The notes below the pieces were generated by a model. That model searched no databases. It was not told where the DNA came from and saw only the letters and a program-made list of their open reading frames with translations. Positions 60,262 through 64,000 of a stretch of DNA of 64,000 nucleotides are shown here, in pieces. The position numbers and the translations under genes were made by a program. Source of the stretch: Candidatus Poribacteria bacterium (GTDB lineage: Bacteria > Poribacteria > WGA-4E > WGA-3G); the NCBI GenBank assembly GCA_965242965.1, contig OZ251518.1, positions 5,056,001 through 5,120,000 of the forward strand. Direction: 5' to 3'. The stretch's first letter is position 1; the number at the start of each line of letters is the position of its first letter.

Positions 60262-61314
60262 TTAATTCTCCGCCGATTTTTGCTGCAGCAGGCGTTCTAC
60301 CTGGGCAGCCACCTCGGGGTCTGCTGTTTTCAACCGGCGGAGCCCCTCTTCAGGGCCGTATTGATTCAACATCTGTATCGCACGCGTGAAACGCTGCGGT
60401 GAAAACTGCGCCCGGAGTGCCTTTTCAACAGTCACATCGGTAGGACGTTCGGGTGCTGTCGGCAGCAGTTCCTCGGTGAGTGCCGCCTTGATTTCCGCCT
60501 CGCTTTCGGGTATCCGTTCCCTCTCCTCAAGCGATGGCGCGGCTTCTCGCGGCGGGAGCGTGTCAGCAGGTTCCTCGGCAACATCGGTTGTGCCGGTGTC
60601 ACTCAGGCTCTCGGCATCGGTTGCCGGCGGCGACGTGTCAACATCCCACGGCGTTGGCTCGGCGACGATGCTAGCAGCATTTTGGCGGATATCGTCGCCC
60701 CACTCGTATTCGCCTTCATAACCATTGAAGTAGCCGTGTCTCCAGACCTGATTTGCAAAGTCCGCGTTAAACCGACGCAGCACATCGGCTGTACTCTGGG
60801 CTGGATCTTCCAAGGCAATCTCTGCGACGCGGCGGCGCATCAAGGGCTCATAATCGGCGTATTCGCCACCGTCCGGAAAGTATTTTTGGAAAAACTCCGC
60901 TTGGACACGCCTGCCGGTATGCGGGATACCTAGCGATTCATGGAGTTCCCACCACAAAACGGCATTGAAGCCCGGTTTCGCTTCCTGCTTCCTGACGTAT
61001 TCCAGATAGGCAGGGGAATTCAAGACTTCCTGCAATTGCTGCATGCGGGGTTCGTCGTCCTGCCACCCTAAAGCACGCATCAGGTCAAGGTGCCCTTCCT
61101 TTTTTCTTTCTGCCCTTTCTTCAAGCGTCTCCTCTTGACGTTCCTCAGCGGATTGCGCCGTTTGCGATGTCTGCACGTCGCGCTGTTGGGGAGTGGGAGC
61201 TTTGTAGATAACCACGGGTCCCATCTTTTTCGGCTGAAACAGCAGCCATCCGCCTGCGCAGAGTGCCAGGACGATGGCGATGATGCCGAAGGTCTGTAAG
61301 GGTTTTATCTTCAT
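60262..61314 (-). CDS. Membrane-anchored hypothetical protein
   Basis: N-terminal TM, acidic linker, C-terminal helical domain (FSPQRF...YGPEEGLRRLKTADPE). Confidence 0.78.
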   Translation of the reverse strand: MKIKPLQTFGIIAIVLALCAGGWLLFQPKKMGPVVIYKAPTPQQRDVQTSQTAQSAEERQEETLEERAERKKEGHLDLMRALGWQDDEPRMQQLQEVLNSPAYLEYVRKQEAKPGFNAVLWWELHESLGIPHTGRRVQAEFFQKYFPDGGEYADYEPLMRRRVAEIALEDPAQSTADVLRRFNADFANQVWRHGYFNGYEGEYEWGDDIRQNAASIVAEPTPWDVDTSPPATDAESLSDTGTTDVAEEPADTLPPREAAPSLEERERIPESEAEIKAALTEELLPTAPERPTDVTVEKALRAQFSPQRFTRAIQMLNQYGPEEGLRRLKTADPEVAAQVERLLQQKSAEN

Positions 61315-61439
61315 GACGCTAGGTTCCTCTCTATTGGGGAGCAGTTGCGTCTATGAGCGTAACTGCAGGTTAAATTGCGGGTGTTTCATAAATCGCTCAC
61401 TTCTCTTCTTCTAGATAATCTACGTCAACCTTAAATGAC

Positions 61440-62093
61440 TTACCTCCTTGATAGATCGAGAAATTCGTAAGGGTCGATACCTCCTTCATCAAAAGGCACC
61501 TGTTTGATATCTGGTGGAATGTCAGCCGCGGTAAAATCCATTCTCCTTTCGTCCATAATAGCAGTCAAACGCTCACAAGCGGCAGGATCGCCGGCAAGAT
61601 CGGAGATATAGGGGTGATTACCCGCTGTCTCCCATCTAATATAGACGGTATCTTTGAATGTGGGGTATACCAAGCCATCCTCCATGATAGCACCGTAAAC
61701 TTGTCTCCCCTGAGAGATAAGTTTTATCTCTACGCGTGCCGTTAATTCATGCTCAGATGAAAGACAGGGCCACGTTTCAGGTGGCCACCCATCCGGCAAT
61801 GCGGGATATGGCCCAAATCCGAAGGGGGAGACAAAGCGCGAGACAGTTTCGTCCCCGGATTTTGAGAAATCTTCAGTAGATAGAGAATCTTCGGGAGCAT
61901 CGGCGGGGATAGTTTTTGCGTTGGATTCCTCAAGTATTCGCCTTTCTTGACGCTGTTTGAGTTCTTTGATTTCAGCATCCAGTTTTCCAATTCTGTAGTA
62001 GAACCAAATGCTGAAACTCCCAGTTATCACGAATAAAATGAGAAGCGCGCCGATCATCGTTCGGACATAAAAAGGTTTCATGTTTTGATACAT
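61440..62093 (-). CDS. Membrane-anchored hypothetical protein
   Basis: N-terminal TM plus coiled coil; VSPFGFGPYP...GGIDPYEFLDL. Confidence 0.75.
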   Translation of the reverse strand: MYQNMKPFYVRTMIGALLILFVITGSFSIWFYYRIGKLDAEIKELKQRQERRILEESNAKTIPADAPEDSLSTEDFSKSGDETVSRFVSPFGFGPYPALPDGWPPETWPCLSSEHELTARVEIKLISQGRQVYGAIMEDGLVYPTFKDTVYIRWETAGNHPYISDLAGDPAACERLTAIMDERRMDFTAADIPPDIKQVPFDEGGIDPYEFLDLSRR

Positions 62094-62222
62094 TTGCGAG
62101 AATAGCCAGACAGAAATTCCGTAATCGCTGTCTTGGCTACAATCGCGCTACGGTATCGGTGGTATCGGTGGTATCGGTAGACGCGATTATCGCGCCTACC
62201 GGTCCATTTACCGAGTCAAAAC

Positions 62223-63701
62223 CTATTCAAAACCGCCAACTTTGGCAGCCTCAGGCGCACGCGTCGGAAGTTCTTTCTTCGCCAACGTGTCCTCAGGCAC
62301 ATAGCCGGAGTAGTCGGAAATCGAGCCGTGCGTCAACGCATACACGACGACGTTCGTCATGAAACGATACACACCCGGCGAATAGTGGACACTCCGCGTC
62401 GGGAGACTTACCGATTCCATCGCGCACATATAGTCACGACGGACAACGATGACAGACAACTTCTCGCCGACGGAGATACCTTCGAGGTAGTTCCGCTTCG
62501 GCGGACGCGTCCCCCACCAGAAGATGTCAAAACCAACCGGCGGGCCGCCCATTTCGTAGAAGTTATCGTAGACCTCGTGGTCATTTTCGATTCGTTCGAT
62601 CTGGTATTCCGGCATGACATAACGCATCTGCGCGAGGAAGAGACGAATCATCGCCTGCGCGGGCGCGTTCACACCGCAGTCGTCAAAGACGAGGAACCCG
62701 CCTTTTTCGACGAGATACCGGCGCATGCCAGCGGCTTCGGTTTCAGTGAGCCGGCTGTCCATTTTACCGCCGCCATACTGTCTACCGAGCAAGTTCCGAG
62801 AACGCGTGAGGGAAGGATCGTGCCCTGTCATGAAGACGAAGGGTGTCTTGAAGAGGTTCGCATCGGTGAGTTTCAATGCGCCACCCTCAACGTTCATGTC
62901 CGTCTTGATTTTCGTCCGTTCGTTGAGCCACTTCGTCAAAGCGTTCAGCGAGGATGCATCAGCCCACCAGTCAGAAAGACTGTGACGGATACGCGTGAAA
63001 CGGAAGACACCGCGGATGTCGCGGCCTTTACCGATGACACGGCCACCGGGTTCGCCTCTGGGCAGCGGCGGCACTTCAACGTTACCGAGGGTGATGTTTT
63101 CAACGACATCGCCGAGAGCGTCGCGCGCGGCACCAACGTGCTCAACCATCGCGAGGCCAGGCGGCCGTTCAAAAGCGACTTTCACCTGCACTGCGCCGCC
63201 TGCTACACCGCGGCCGATATTCGCCGGGCCAGCGGAGGGAGCGGTTGCAACGGGTGCAGAGAACGCCAGCGCACCGGGTGCATCGGATACCGGCAGGTCT
63301 GTGTGAGTAACCACCTGCGGCACGGGCGCGTTTGGTGTGACAACTTTCGGCACGTTCGGATTAATCGGCGCGTCTACCTTCACCGCGGTGTTGGAAAATT
63401 CCAATACCGTCTGCGGCTGGAAGTTGGACTTCGCAGTAAACGCAGTGGTGACACGCGGCTGCACTTGGACTTGTTCCACGACGACAGTATTCTGCGTCGG
63501 AACGGTAGGTTTGATAACAGGCTTGACAACGGGCTTACGCACCTTCGGCTTCGGCGGTTCCTTCGGTTGAAGGACTTCGGCACCAACCAGGTCTTTGAAC
63601 TTTTCAGTCTGGGTAACGAGATAGATACCCGCTATGAAAGCGATGACCGCGTGTAGCACGAGCGAAGTCATGAAGGCACCGGAAGTTCTTTTGGCACTCA
63701 T
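62223..63701 (-). CDS. DUF4159 domain protein with N-terminal TM and Pro-rich TonB-like linker
   Basis: SLVLH TM motif, PKEPPKPK linker; PFVFMTGH, LRRYL-like ..GGFLVFDDC, NVVVYALT; GGAGG RBS. Confidence 0.82.
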   Translation of the reverse strand: MSAKRTSGAFMTSLVLHAVIAFIAGIYLVTQTEKFKDLVGAEVLQPKEPPKPKVRKPVVKPVIKPTVPTQNTVVVEQVQVQPRVTTAFTAKSNFQPQTVLEFSNTAVKVDAPINPNVPKVVTPNAPVPQVVTHTDLPVSDAPGALAFSAPVATAPSAGPANIGRGVAGGAVQVKVAFERPPGLAMVEHVGAARDALGDVVENITLGNVEVPPLPRGEPGGRVIGKGRDIRGVFRFTRIRHSLSDWWADASSLNALTKWLNERTKIKTDMNVEGGALKLTDANLFKTPFVFMTGHDPSLTRSRNLLGRQYGGGKMDSRLTETEAAGMRRYLVEKGGFLVFDDCGVNAPAQAMIRLFLAQMRYVMPEYQIERIENDHEVYDNFYEMGGPPVGFDIFWWGTRPPKRNYLEGISVGEKLSVIVVRRDYMCAMESVSLPTRSVHYSPGVYRFMTNVVVYALTHGSISDYSGYVPEDTLAKKELPTRAPEAAKVGGFE

Positions 63702-63823
63702 CTTTTTACCTCCAAGGGATGTTGGTTTCGCGGCACGTATCCGCGTAGGCATGCTTTAGCAGCGCGCCTACGAGATGCCGCGAAAATTCCTAGAAAAAAT
63801 AAAATTGTTGATGCAAATTAGAT

Positions 63824-63839
63824 AGCAAATTGTATGCCA
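63824..63839 (-). promoter_or_regulatory. sigma54 (-24/-12) promoter
   Basis: TGGCATACAATTTGCT matches TGGCAC-N5-TTGCW. Confidence 0.6.
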
Positions 63840-64000
63840 ACTCATTTGCGCCTATTTCGGCATCAAAACCGGAAAATTGCACGAAAAGGGGCAATATTCT
63901 TTCCATACTGCACAAAAAGGTGCAATTTCCGATTTAGCCGGTAGTTGGGAGTCGCTTCGGGCAGCAACTCGGTGCGTCAGGGTGAATGAAAATCCACCCT

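Noticed and set aside
62151-62200. GGTATCGGT x3 microsatellite and GTAG...CTAC palindrome
   Set aside because: Real but short and intergenic; probably a minimal REP doublet or terminator-like hairpin with no further evidence of function.
62328-63656. Long antisense ORFs (62328-63656, 42062-43273, 26147-27094, 1822-2649)
   Set aside because: Shadow frames opposite well-supported genes in GC-rich DNA.

Overview
Bacterial DNA of moderately high GC. The gene content points by inference to Candidatus Poribacteria or a similar sponge-associated lineage: three PhyH dioxygenases, four Gfo/Idh/MocA oxidoreductases, a PSD1/DUF1501 pair, FG-GAP proteins (one with a 'QNYPNPFNPETW' C-terminal domain) and Uma2. 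About 40 CDSs are supported, including queF, queG, pheA, bioF, a methyltransferase-Mrr fusion and a defence locus (two hicB-like genes, two stand-alone CAP12/Pycsar-type TIR genes, type III mod/res). Four observations stand out. (1) An 81-codon DUF5069-like gene missed by the ORF track (41054-41299) has an in-frame TGA at the expected Cys and a SECIS-like hairpin, so it is a candidate selenoprotein. (2) hicB is translationally coupled to a TIR gene, upstream of a type III RM system. (3) Roughly 9 kb (hand estimate) is made of several GTAG-REP-like palindrome families, partly inside TIR-bounded MITE-like elements with 8-bp target duplications. (4) These repeats have also entered protein-coding genes in frame (queG, a TIM-barrel gene, res, PIG-L, Omp85). 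I saw no rRNA, tRNA, CRISPR array or transposase. All family calls come from motif recognition, without database searches.
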